From an uncultured Chthonomonadaceae bacterium (GTDB lineage Bacteria > Armatimonadota > Chthonomonadetes > Chthonomonadales > Chthonomonadaceae): a DNA stretch of 64,000 bases. The notes under the pieces were generated by a model. The model worked only from the letters and a program-made list of their open reading frames with translations. It searched no databases and was not told the origin of the DNA. Both the position numbers and the translations under genes were made by a program. The DNA lies in assembly GCA_963817895.1 (NCBI GenBank), contig CAWFQB010000012.1, positions 12,223 to 76,222 on the forward strand, written 5' to 3'. How positions within the stretch are numbered: position 1 is the first letter of the stretch; the number at the start of each line of letters is the position of its first letter. Shown here in pieces: positions 21,088-30,527 of the stretch.

Positions 21088-21516
21088 TTATCCCAGAGGA
21101 CCCGATGGTCCGGGCAGTCCGGCGAACGCGGCGGCGTTGTCTTCCTGCAAGCGTTTACGCGCCAATGCCACTTTGTTCAGATAGAAGCGGCGCATCAGCG
21201 AGAGATTGTTGAAAATACGCGCCCCCAGCACCAGCACGGCAACCAATCCTAGGTCCGCGCCGATGTGCGTGCCGTACCATGTCAGGCCGACCGCGAGCAG
21301 GGCATTCAGAATGAAGCCACTGGCAAAAATGTCGTTCTGGAAGCGGCCCTCGATACCGGCGCGGATGCCGCCGAAAACCGTATCAATGCCCGCAAGCGCG
21401 GCAATAGACAGGTACGGCGCGCCTTCCGGCGGAACCTGCCAGTGAAACCCGTTGAACAGGGCGAACCCCGTGAACAAACCCGCTCCCAATCCGACAACAG
21501 GCAACAAGGCTTTCAT
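21088..21516 (-). CDS. Small basic family protein (DUF1290, Sbp)
   Basis: YLSIAALAGIDTVFGGIRA..RIFNNL; position between DUF881 and ftsA. Confidence 0.88.
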   Translation of the reverse strand: MKALLPVVGLGAGLFTGFALFNGFHWQVPPEGAPYLSIAALAGIDTVFGGIRAGIEGRFQNDIFASGFILNALLAVGLTWYGTHIGADLGLVAVLVLGARIFNNLSLMRRFYLNKVALARKRLQEDNAAAFAGLPGPSGPLG

Positions 21517-22334
21517 TGGGCATTCCCTCCCGCGCTATCGGACGTATCAGACTTTTCGGAGGTGTCCGAACCTTTTTTATCGGCATGGGTTTCGTCGGCA
21601 GGCTTCACTTCATGCGTGAATTTCATTTGCGTACCGCCGGCAAACGCGGGCAGTACCAGTTTGGCCTTGCGTTCCAGTTTCGCCATGTCCGGGTCGAACT
21701 GCCGCAGCTTGTCCAGTACGCCGTTGGGCAGGTTGATGCCGCCGTACAGCGCGTTCTGGTCGCCGATGGCCTGAATAACGAATGGCGGCGCGGCAGGCAC
21801 ATTATTGACATGGACGACCGGGCCGACGCAGCGAATAGACGAAGTGGCGATAATGCGCTCACCGTTCACGGCAATCGCTTCCGCGCCGGACGCTTTAAGT
21901 TCGTTGACGACGAGGGCAATGTCCACGTCATGCACAATGCTGGCGAGACTGAGCGGGTCGTTGAAGGTGTTGCGGCGCGCGCTGTCTACAAGCGTCACCT
22001 GTATTCCCGGTCCGGCAACCTGCGTCAGTCCGGCAAACACGCGGTACTCGCTGAGTTTCTTGTTTTTCTCGCTTTCCGCGTCCTTGCCTTTCATCAGGCG
22101 GTTGTTGTCGCCGTTGAGTTTGTTGATCTCTTTTTCGTACTCGGCGGCTTTTTTGGCGGCAACCTGCACGTCACTGCCGTACACGAAACCGGCCCGGTTG
22201 GTGGCTCCGCCGCTGTGGTTGATTTGGGAGGCGGTCTGCCAGGCCGCCGCCATGAGCAGGCCCAGCACAAAGCACAGACTGGTGATTTGCCAGAGAAAGG
22301 AACGATGGTTCATGCCCGTGGAAAACACGCTCAT
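21513..22334 (-). CDS. DUF881 domain protein
   Basis: AGLTQVAGPGI, VHDVDI..VNELKASGAEAIAVNGER, IRCVG. Confidence 0.92.
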   Translation of the reverse strand: MSVFSTGMNHRSFLWQITSLCFVLGLLMAAAWQTASQINHSGGATNRAGFVYGSDVQVAAKKAAEYEKEINKLNGDNNRLMKGKDAESEKNKKLSEYRVFAGLTQVAGPGIQVTLVDSARRNTFNDPLSLASIVHDVDIALVVNELKASGAEAIAVNGERIIATSSIRCVGPVVHVNNVPAAPPFVIQAIGDQNALYGGINLPNGVLDKLRQFDPDMAKLERKAKLVLPAFAGGTQMKFTHEVKPADETHADKKGSDTSEKSDTSDSAGGNAQ

Positions 22335-22477
22335 TTTGTCTTACTGATTTCCTTAAACTCACAGTGGCGCGTCTCCGCAGGACAGCCGCGCGAACATCCG
22401 GGTGGCAGGCGGAACACCCAAATGTTCAGGGCGTGTCACTCTGGTTGCAAGCCTGTGACTGTGCAACACTGGCCCGC

Positions 22478-23431
22478 CTACGGTATCACGTTCCCGAGCA
22501 GCGAGGGCGTTCCCGGTATGAGCGGGGACACCTGAACGGCGCGAGGAGTGCAGGCGGGTGCGGAAGGACTGGACAGATTGATGGAAGCGAGCATTTGCCC
22601 GATAGCGGGGTCTTTCGCGTAGATGTGTTTCACCAGCGCGACTTTCGCCGTAATGTCATCGGACTGACCGAATTTGAACTCCATTCCATCGCGCATATTT
22701 AAGCATATATTATCGCTTTGGTCAATGACTATTTTCGCTATCCTAACGCCGTTCTCCTGCATGGACGCGGGAGTATTTTGCGGCAGCATTTGCAAAACGT
22801 GAACCGCGCCCTCCAGAGCGGGATCCTGAACGGCAGAACCCGGCTGTACAATGATTTCCTGATGATAAACAATATGCGGCAGATGGTTGATAACCGTTGG
22901 ACGGGCAATCCGAATCGGGACGCGCGCAGTATCCGTCTCATACCATTGCGCACCCACTTTCAGCGCGAAAAAGGGCTGGCGCGGCGTAACATCAATCGTG
23001 ACAGTGCGGCCCCAACTGTGCGGAACATGGGCATTGCTCACCCAGGGCAGCGCGTTCGCCTCCTGTCGTAATCGCCGGAAGGGTACGCGCAGCAGGTTGG
23101 TGGCGCGAGGCACATCAAGAGCCTGAAGCGTTTGCGCGCGCTCGGTTTCCGGCAGCGTTTCCAGGCCTCTGACTCGTACTTGCTCAACCGTGAGCGCGGG
23201 CGACGCGCAAATCGCGACCACAATCTCAACCGCCAGTACAGTGTACAGCAATCGCAGCGTTCGCCGTCGCCGTTTCTTCTTCTCTGCGGGGCGGACATCC
23301 TTGTTAATCACGCCATGCGTTTTCGTCGCCGGAACCGCGCCTTTTCCCGAACGCGGCTTTTGGCCCTGAGACTTATGCGGCGCATGGCCGTTTGAAGGCG
23401 AATATGCGCGTGAAGGTGGCTTGTTATTCAC
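22478..23431 (-). CDS. ftsQ: Cell division protein FtsQ/DivIB
   Basis: Basic N-terminus, single TM, POTRA-like region (LPWVSNAHV); position after ddl. Confidence 0.8.
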   Translation of the reverse strand: MNNKPPSRAYSPSNGHAPHKSQGQKPRSGKGAVPATKTHGVINKDVRPAEKKKRRRRTLRLLYTVLAVEIVVAICASPALTVEQVRVRGLETLPETERAQTLQALDVPRATNLLRVPFRRLRQEANALPWVSNAHVPHSWGRTVTIDVTPRQPFFALKVGAQWYETDTARVPIRIARPTVINHLPHIVYHQEIIVQPGSAVQDPALEGAVHVLQMLPQNTPASMQENGVRIAKIVIDQSDNICLNMRDGMEFKFGQSDDITAKVALVKHIYAKDPAIGQMLASINLSSPSAPACTPRAVQVSPLIPGTPSLLGNVIP

Positions 23432-24558
23432 GAGAACCTCCGGGTGCTTGATTTAATAATCCTATCCAGCAACTCTGCAAAGGGAATTCCGGCGACGGCG
23501 GCGGATTGCGGCAGCAGACTGGTGGGCGTCATGCCCGGAATGGTATTCGTTTCCAGCGCGAACGGGCCGTCCGCAGTGACAATGAAATCCGTGCGCGACA
23601 TGCCCCGGCATCCGAGCAGGTTATGGCACTGCTGCGCCAATTCCTGAACCTGTTGTGTTTGCGACTCGTTCAATCGCGCCGGGATGATGTGTTCGCTGCC
23701 GCCAATCGCGTATTTGCTTTCAAAATCGTAGTGGTCGGATGTGGGCACGATCTCGACAACAGGCAATGCCGTCAGTTCCTCGCCACAATTTCCCAACACG
23801 CCGACTGTGATTTCCATGCCGCGCAGGTATTGCTCGATGAGAATAGTTGTGTCGTACTGAAAAGCGTGACGGACGGCTTTCCCTAGTTGTTCAGGGGTTT
23901 GCGCCAGCGCGCCGCCAACGGTAGAGCCTTCCCGATTGGGCTTGACGAACACGGGAAACCCGCCAATCTGCGCCTGTATCCGCGCAATCAAAGTATCCGC
24001 ATCCGTCGGCAGTTGTGACAGCAGTATCTCGCTGGCAACCGGGATATTCGCGCCTCGGAACAGCCGCTTGGTCATGGCCTTATCCATCGCCAAAGCGCTT
24101 GCCAGTATACCCGAACCGGTATAGGGTATCCCCAATACTTCCAGCATCCCCTGAACCGCCCCATCTTCGCCGCCTCGCCCGTGCAACGCGATAAATACGA
24201 GGTCAGGAGGGTGATTGGTGGTTGGTGGTTGGTGGTTGGTGGCTGGTTCGAAAACGTTATCCGTAGGGACGCAATTTATTGCGCCCGTATTGTTGTTCAC
24301 GTCCGCGATGTTGTTAGATGCGGGCGCAATAAATTGCGCCCCTACGGGTTGGCTGCTTTGCAGTTGCAACAAATCCCGCGTGTCAATGGCGACAACATCG
24401 TATTTGGTTGGATCAAGGCCGCTGACAATTTGACGGCCTGTATTCAGGGAGATTTCGCGTTCGCTGGATGTGCCGCCCATGAGAACGGCAACCCGGAGTT
24501 TGCGTTCGGCTGAAATTACAACAGTATGTATCGCGGCGTTGTTGGGTAGCGAGGCCAT
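23428..24558 (-). CDS. ddl: D-alanine--D-alanine ligase with repeat-derived insertion
   Basis: GGTSSEREIS, ALHGRGGEDG, MDKAMTK, ETNTIPGMT; ATG overlaps murC stop. Confidence 0.95.
   Translation of the reverse strand: MASLPNNAAIHTVVISAERKLRVAVLMGGTSSEREISLNTGRQIVSGLDPTKYDVVAIDTRDLLQLQSSQPVGAQFIAPASNNIADVNNNTGAINCVPTDNVFEPATNHQPPTTNHPPDLVFIALHGRGGEDGAVQGMLEVLGIPYTGSGILASALAMDKAMTKRLFRGANIPVASEILLSQLPTDADTLIARIQAQIGGFPVFVKPNREGSTVGGALAQTPEQLGKAVRHAFQYDTTILIEQYLRGMEITVGVLGNCGEELTALPVVEIVPTSDHYDFESKYAIGGSEHIIPARLNESQTQQVQELAQQCHNLLGCRGMSRTDFIVTADGPFALETNTIPGMTPTSLLPQSAAVAGIPFAELLDRIIKSSTRRFS
24262..24346. repeat. REP-like GTAG doublet inside ddl
   Basis: CGTAGGGACGCAATTTATTGCGCCC / GGGCGCAATAAATTGCGCCCCTACG (24/25 inverted match). 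Confidence 0.85.
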
Positions 24559-26075
24559 CAGGAATTTATCTCCGAAACAGAATTCAGCAGAGCGAGAAAC
24601 CGTTCGCCCTGTTCGCGTATGTCGCCCGCGCCCATAAACACGCACACGTCGCCGGGGCGCGCCAGATACCGCAACATTGCAGGAATGGATTGTTTATCCG
24701 GCGTGAATGTAGACGGCAGGTTCGGGTTTTGCGCAATGGCCTTAAACACAATATCTTTTGCGTCAACGCCGGCAATGGGCTGTTCGCGGGCGGCGTAAAT
24801 GCCGGTGACGAACAACGCATCCGCCTGCGCAAGCGCGTCGGCAAAACCGTCCATAAAGTCGCGCGTTCGGCTGTACAAATGTGGCTGAAAGATGGCGACC
24901 AGACGGCGATTCGGATATGCGCCGCGCAGGGCGTCCAATGTGGCGCGTATTTCCGTGGGATGATGCGCGTAATCGTCCATAACCAGTACGGTTTCTGCAT
25001 CCTCTACGTTCAGTTTGCCTTCGCCAAGCACATCCTGCCGCCGAGTCGCGCCCCGAAACTGTGCCAAGCCTTCAACAACAAGTTGTTTTGGCACTCTCAA
25101 CAACCGGCCCACAATAGCCGCAGCAAACGCATTTTCAAGATTATGCTTTCCGGGCACAGAAAGGGTATAGCATGTATCGTATTCCGAGTCTGAGTCAGCC
25201 CATACAAAAGAAGGACGCGCGCCTGTAGAAAACGATCTGGCATGCATGTTGGCTTCGGGATGTTCCAGCCCATAAGGGATCAAGGTAGCCGTAAAAGGTG
25301 GCTTCACAGTTCGATACCCGCGCATACGGCGAATGCCTTCATTATCCCAATTGGCAACAATGATGCCGCCGGGTTCTCCATCTTGACTGCCCGCCGGTAC
25401 ATTGCGGGCAAATTCACGAAACGCTTCAAAAACCCGCTCTTCGGTTCCATAGTGGTCTAAGTGGTCGGCTTCAATGTTGGTGATTACGGCGATGTCAGGT
25501 TTGAGATACAGGAACGAATCGTAGGCTTCGCAGGCTTCGGCGACGAATGGCCCGTCAGGACTGCCGACGCGCACATTGCCGCCCAATTCCGGCACTTCGC
25601 CGCCGACAAAAACGGTCGGGTCCAGTCCCGCGTGTTGCAGCATCACGCCGATCATGCCGGTTGTCGTGGTTTTGCCGTGCGTACCCGCAACCGCGATTTT
25701 CGTCCCCTTATGCGCCGCCATCAACTGCCCCAAAAATTCCGCCCGCGACACAACCGGAATATTCCGCTCGCGCGCCGCGCGAACTTCCGGGTTGGTATCC
25801 CCAACGGCTGCCGACGCGACAACGAGATCAACATCATCCGCCAGATTTTCCGGCTTGTGCGCGGTATACAGTTTCGCGCCACCTGCCGCAAGCCGCGCCA
25901 CAGCGGGATTCAGCGCGGGATCGGCGTTCGGGTCGGAACCGGACACCTGAATCCCCCGCGCCTGCGCCAGTTGCGCGAGGGCGCTGACCCCAATTCCCGC
26001 AATTCCTAAAAAATGTATGTGTTGTGACGTTGTCTGCAAAACGATGTTCCGATACTCTACTTTGTCTTGAACCAT
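24558..26075 (-). CDS. murC: UDP-N-acetylmuramate--L-alanine ligase
   Basis: HFLGIAGIGVS, GTHGKTTT, DDYAHHPTE, FQPHLYSRT; true start may be TTG at 26039. Confidence 0.96.
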   Translation of the reverse strand: MVQDKVEYRNIVLQTTSQHIHFLGIAGIGVSALAQLAQARGIQVSGSDPNADPALNPAVARLAAGGAKLYTAHKPENLADDVDLVVASAAVGDTNPEVRAARERNIPVVSRAEFLGQLMAAHKGTKIAVAGTHGKTTTTGMIGVMLQHAGLDPTVFVGGEVPELGGNVRVGSPDGPFVAEACEAYDSFLYLKPDIAVITNIEADHLDHYGTEERVFEAFREFARNVPAGSQDGEPGGIIVANWDNEGIRRMRGYRTVKPPFTATLIPYGLEHPEANMHARSFSTGARPSFVWADSDSEYDTCYTLSVPGKHNLENAFAAAIVGRLLRVPKQLVVEGLAQFRGATRRQDVLGEGKLNVEDAETVLVMDDYAHHPTEIRATLDALRGAYPNRRLVAIFQPHLYSRTRDFMDGFADALAQADALFVTGIYAAREQPIAGVDAKDIVFKAIAQNPNLPSTFTPDKQSIPAMLRYLARPGDVCVFMGAGDIREQGERFLALLNSVSEINS

Positions 26076-26212
26076 GATTGGGCATGATTTAGATGATTAA
26101 CATGATGCACTGTCTTGAACGTTGATTTACCTGATTAGAGCAAAATCCCAATGATGCGCCTCCTCAATCATGGTAATCATCCTAAATCATGCCTAATCAT
26201 GGTTCAAGACAA
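26062..26212. repeat. CATGATT-rich inverted repeat element
   Basis: TTGTCTTGAACCATGATT ... AATCATGGTTCAAGACAA arms. Confidence 0.85.
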
Positions 26213-27971
26213 TCAGGGCCGCTCATAAATAACCAATCTCGACGGTATACCGCTCGGTTCCCGGCTGCGATACACAATCGGCCATGTCGCCAGTAATTTC
26301 CTTACGTCCTCATCTATGTTCGGGTTGCCGTCAAAAGTGCTGTTGACGACCGCAAAGCGTATATCACCTTTTGCCATGCGCTGCAATCCGTTTTGTCGGG
26401 TTCGACCCTGCGGCAGTTCGGCTATTTGCGTTTCCCGTATCGGCAGTTGTTCGCCAACCATCAGATACCAGCGCGGCACGACAACCGGCTGCGGCCCAAT
26501 CACCAGCCGATCTCCCGCTTGCCACTTTTGCGCCAGAAACCGGGCCGCGTCCGGCCAGCGCGAGGTTTGCGCCTCCTCGTCCGTGATGCGCAATTCCGGG
26601 CGAACCTGCCAACGCGCCAGATACGCGCACACGCCGAACATCAGGACAGGAACGAGTACGGGAACAAGCGCATGTCGCGTTAAGATTGCGCTATTGCGCG
26701 CGTTCCGCTTTGCGGTTTTGGATACGTTCTCCAAACTGCGCCAGTTCATAAAAGCAGAAGCCTGTCAGCAGCGTCAGCGGGGGCAGACAGTGCGCCATGT
26801 ACTGCGGGCCGAACTCTACCGTAAGATGCGCAACCGCTGTTTCCACAGCCGTAATCACCAGCAAAACGCCCGCGCCGCGTGAAAGCCGCCGCTTCCCAAT
26901 CTGCCACAAGACCACGCAACTCCCCAACACATACAGGACAAAATAGGGCTTGTAATCGTGCGAGAACCAGTACAAAAACGCCCACTTCGGAATCGGATTG
27001 CGCGATACGCCGCCCACAACAGCGGAAATCGTGTTGGCAGGCAAATGCGCGTAGTGCTGAATGTTGCGCCACGCCCCTCCGAATAATCCTGCCGGCCATA
27101 GCAGTAAAACGACAACTAAGAACACCAGACTACCTGCAATGAGTGCCTTGATACGCCATTGTAAGGTTAAGCGTCCGTGCAATAAATTGCGCGGCTGTGA
27201 TAACGAAGCCCGCCTTCGCGGACTGAAGGCGTTAGCGTCGTTATCGGTATCATCGGCTTGTTCTATCCTGTCAAATAAGAACGGCAGGCTTAACAGAACG
27301 GCCAACAGAATGGGAAAGAAACTCTCCGTTGTACAGAACAGCCAGCCCAATACGCCGCATGTCCCAATCAGCCAACCCTTCTGCGCCGTATGGATATATT
27401 GCAGTAACGTCCACAAAACCGCCATGATGCCGAGCGAGATTTCCGCCCACGGAATGGCATGGGACGAGGCGCGGATTTGCAGCGGCGTGACCAGAACAAT
27501 CACGGCACAGGCCAAACTCACATCTCTACGCCCGCCAAATAGGCGCAACCCGCACAGATATACCAGACACACAACGAGCGAACCCGCAATGACAAACGGC
27601 GTCCGCGATGTCTGCTCATCCTTGCCCCATGTCTGCGCGGAACGCAGCAGGTACGCCGTCATAGGCGGGTGAAAATGCCGCAGTCGAACCAATCGCAGCG
27701 GCTCACTTGCCACGTCCGAGCGATCCCAACGCTGATCGGCAACGGAATGTGTGCTTGCCAGCGCATATTCCGCCTCATCCTGCCACAAATCGCCCCGCGT
27801 ATGCCCCATCCGAACCGCAAACGCGCCCACAAATAGCAGCACAACAATGAGAACATTCAGCCACCAATGCCGAGAAGAACGCATTGTTCTGTTTGCATCG
27901 TCCACTGTTGCCGATGTGTCTGCTTCCGCTGCGATTGCTTCTTCCGTATATTCGCGTTCATTCGCGTTCAT
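26213..27971 (-). CDS. ArnT/PMT-like (GT-C) membrane glycosyltransferase, apparently split by a frameshift near 26700-26750
   Basis: Multi-TM; 'WQDEAEY' acidic pair after TM1, 'HPPM', 'RTPF'; continuation ORF 26213-26749 has a TM plus soluble domain. Confidence 0.75.
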
Positions 27972-27993
27972 TCGCGGCTACTTCCGAGTTCTG

Positions 27994-29112
27994 CTACTTC
28001 CGAATCAATCGAAACACTTCCTGCGCCACCAGATCGGCGGCCTGCGGGCGGGCTAATTGCAGCATCGCGCCCCGCATCTTGTCCCGGCGAGCAGCGTCGT
28101 CGCGCAGGGCGAGCAGGTCTGCAATTAAGTTCGACGCGGACAACTGGTTTTCCGCGCGCAGCAATCCCGCGCCCGCTGTTTCCAGTACCAGCGCATTGAA
28201 CGTCTGATGATCCGCATACGCAGTCGGCAGGGGAACCACAATCGCGGGCAGGCCGTTGACCATCGCTTCCGACAGCGTTGAAATGCCGCCTCGGCACACC
28301 AGCACATCGGCGGCGCGAAGAGCAAGCGGAACCTGCGCCTCGTCTAAAAATGCCGTCGCCAGATAGCCCTGCCGCCCCCAAATCTGTTTCGCCTGCGCTG
28401 CTTCCCGTACCTGCTCTAAATTCTTCGCGCCCGTTTGATGCAAAATCTGTACGCCCGCTTTCAGCAGTTGCGGCGCGGCTTCCAGTACGATAGTATTAAC
28501 CGCCCGCGCGCCCTGACTGCCGCCAATCACTACAACCGTAAACGCATCCGGGTTGAGATGGTCAAAGGCGGTTCGCGCCTGTTCGGGCGTAACATCTAAG
28601 GGCGCGACAACGCCTTCCCGCAATGGCAGTCCCGTCAGCACCGTTTTTGCGGCTGGAAAACTGGCCCGCGTCGCCTCGAACGCGATGCAGATACGACTCG
28701 CGTACCGCGCCAGCATCTTATTCGTGCGCCCTGGAACCACGTCCGGCGCGACAATCACGGTCGGCAATCCCAACTTCGCGCCCGCCAGAACCGCTCCCGC
28801 CGCCACATAACCCCCCGTGCCGACAACCGCTTCCGCTCCAAATGTTCGCAGATGTCCCCGCGCTTCCCGATACCCTTTCCACAACGAGAGCATCACGCCA
28901 ATCGTAGACGGCGACAACACCTTCCGCAGCTTCTTCGCCGTCACTGCCTGAAACCGAACGCCCCGCGCAGGAACTACCTGGCACTCCATCCCCGACGCGC
29001 CGCCGATATACAGCACTTCTGCATCCGGCTGTAGTTTCACGACGCTCTGCGCCACCGCCACCGCGGGAAATATATGCCCGCCCGACCCCCCGCCACTCAC
29101 CACCACGCGCAT
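27994..29112 (-). CDS. murG: Undecaprenyldiphospho-muramoylpentapeptide beta-N-acetylglucosaminyltransferase
   Basis: GGGSGGHIFP, GGSQGA, HQTG, DHQTFNA. Confidence 0.96.
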   Translation of the reverse strand: MRVVVSGGGSGGHIFPAVAVAQSVVKLQPDAEVLYIGGASGMECQVVPARGVRFQAVTAKKLRKVLSPSTIGVMLSLWKGYREARGHLRTFGAEAVVGTGGYVAAGAVLAGAKLGLPTVIVAPDVVPGRTNKMLARYASRICIAFEATRASFPAAKTVLTGLPLREGVVAPLDVTPEQARTAFDHLNPDAFTVVVIGGSQGARAVNTIVLEAAPQLLKAGVQILHQTGAKNLEQVREAAQAKQIWGRQGYLATAFLDEAQVPLALRAADVLVCRGGISTLSEAMVNGLPAIVVPLPTAYADHQTFNALVLETAGAGLLRAENQLSASNLIADLLALRDDAARRDKMRGAMLQLARPQAADLVAQEVFRLIRK

Positions 29113-29132
29113 AATAAACTCCAATGCGAAAT

Positions 29133-29378
29133 TAACCACCCGCTGCGCTAGAGACACAGAGACACAGAGGAAAAGCCAATGCGAGAGAAGATAGGAGATA
29201 CAAGATACGAGATATGAGAGGGAATAACCACAAGCCTACCCTCTGCAAAATAATCCTGTTCCATCCTGAAAATCTTATTAATCCTGTCTATTCTCCCCTC
29301 GTATCTCGTATCTCCTATCTCGTATCTTCTCTGTATTCCCTCTCTGTGTCTCTGTGTCTCTAGCGCAGCGGGTGGTTA
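29133..29378. repeat. Nested palindromic repeat composite
   Basis: 37-bp perfect outer arms (29133-29169 / 29342-29378), inner GATACGA heptamer arms, central AATCCTG-type repeats. Confidence 0.85.
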
Positions 29379-30527
29379 TTTCTTCCTCTTCGGCGTAGTT
29401 TGCGCGGGTGGGGTCGGGTGCTGGGCGATGTTGAGCAGGATGCCGACGGAGGCCAACAGCAAAATTAGCGAGGACGAGCCGTTACTGATGAAGGGCAGGG
29501 TCACGCCCGTTGCCGGAATGGAACCCGTCGCCGTGCCAATGTTGACAAGCGCCTGCCAGCTTATCAGGGCCGCGATACCTGAAGCGAGCAGGGAGCCGAA
29601 CGGGTCTTTAGTCTGCTGCGCGATCCGAAAGCCGCGCCAGCTGACCGCGCATTGCAGGCCGAGCATGACCAAAGAGCCGAACAATCCCAATTCTTCGGCA
29701 TACGTGGCAAAGATAAAGTCGCTGTTGCCCTGCGGCAGAAAATACTTTTCGCGCCCCTGTCCCAACCCCATGCCCGTAAATCCGCCCGAACCGATGGCGT
29801 AGCGCGAATGAACCAACTGGTAGCCGATGCCGCGCGGGTCTTGTTCCGGGTGCAGAAACGTCGTGATGCGCCCGCCCCGGTGACTGAACCCGGAAACCAT
29901 CAGCCAAACCGCTACGCCGCACACGCCCAAAATCAGCGCAATATGCCGTTTACGCGCCCCGGCCAGAAACAATTGCGTCATAAACGCCAGAAACAAAACC
30001 GCTGCGGTTCCCAAATCCGGTTCGCGCTCGATCAGCAGCAGATAGACCACAGCGACGGCAAGCAGGGGCCCCAGCCCTTTTTCGCTCAAATCGCGTTGGT
30101 TGCAGTTCGGGCGCGACAGAAAACTGGCCGCATAAATCATCAGCAGCAGTTTGGCGACTTCGGACGGCTGAAACTTGATCGGGCCGAATTTCAGCCAGCG
30201 CGCGGCGTTATTTTCGTGAACGCCGATATGGGGCGCGTACACGGCAAGCAGCAGCACAATGCCCGCGAACATCAGGCCAACCGCGTGTTTTTTGAGGTTC
30301 CAGTACCCGGCATGCATGAAACAGAACAGGAAGAACAGGCCCAAAACCGCGCCGCCGGCCTGACGCTTTGCGAAAAAGTAGGCGTCGTGGTTCATCACCG
30401 CGCTGTCCAACGCTTTCGGGTAACTGCTGTCGAACACCATCCACAGCCCGATGACGACGAGCGCGAGGGTGACGACGAACAGCGGCACATCTACGGGCAT
30501 ACGCAGGCGGGTTTGCTGCCGACTCAT
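29376..30527 (-). CDS. ftsW: Cell division protein FtsW (SEDS)
   Basis: FQPSEVAK, EPDLGT, DFIFA..EELG, GVTLPFISNGSS. Confidence 0.95.
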   Translation of the reverse strand: MSRQQTRLRMPVDVPLFVVTLALVVIGLWMVFDSSYPKALDSAVMNHDAYFFAKRQAGGAVLGLFFLFCFMHAGYWNLKKHAVGLMFAGIVLLLAVYAPHIGVHENNAARWLKFGPIKFQPSEVAKLLLMIYAASFLSRPNCNQRDLSEKGLGPLLAVAVVYLLLIEREPDLGTAAVLFLAFMTQLFLAGARKRHIALILGVCGVAVWLMVSGFSHRGGRITTFLHPEQDPRGIGYQLVHSRYAIGSGGFTGMGLGQGREKYFLPQGNSDFIFATYAEELGLFGSLVMLGLQCAVSWRGFRIAQQTKDPFGSLLASGIAALISWQALVNIGTATGSIPATGVTLPFISNGSSSLILLLASVGILLNIAQHPTPPAQTTPKRKK

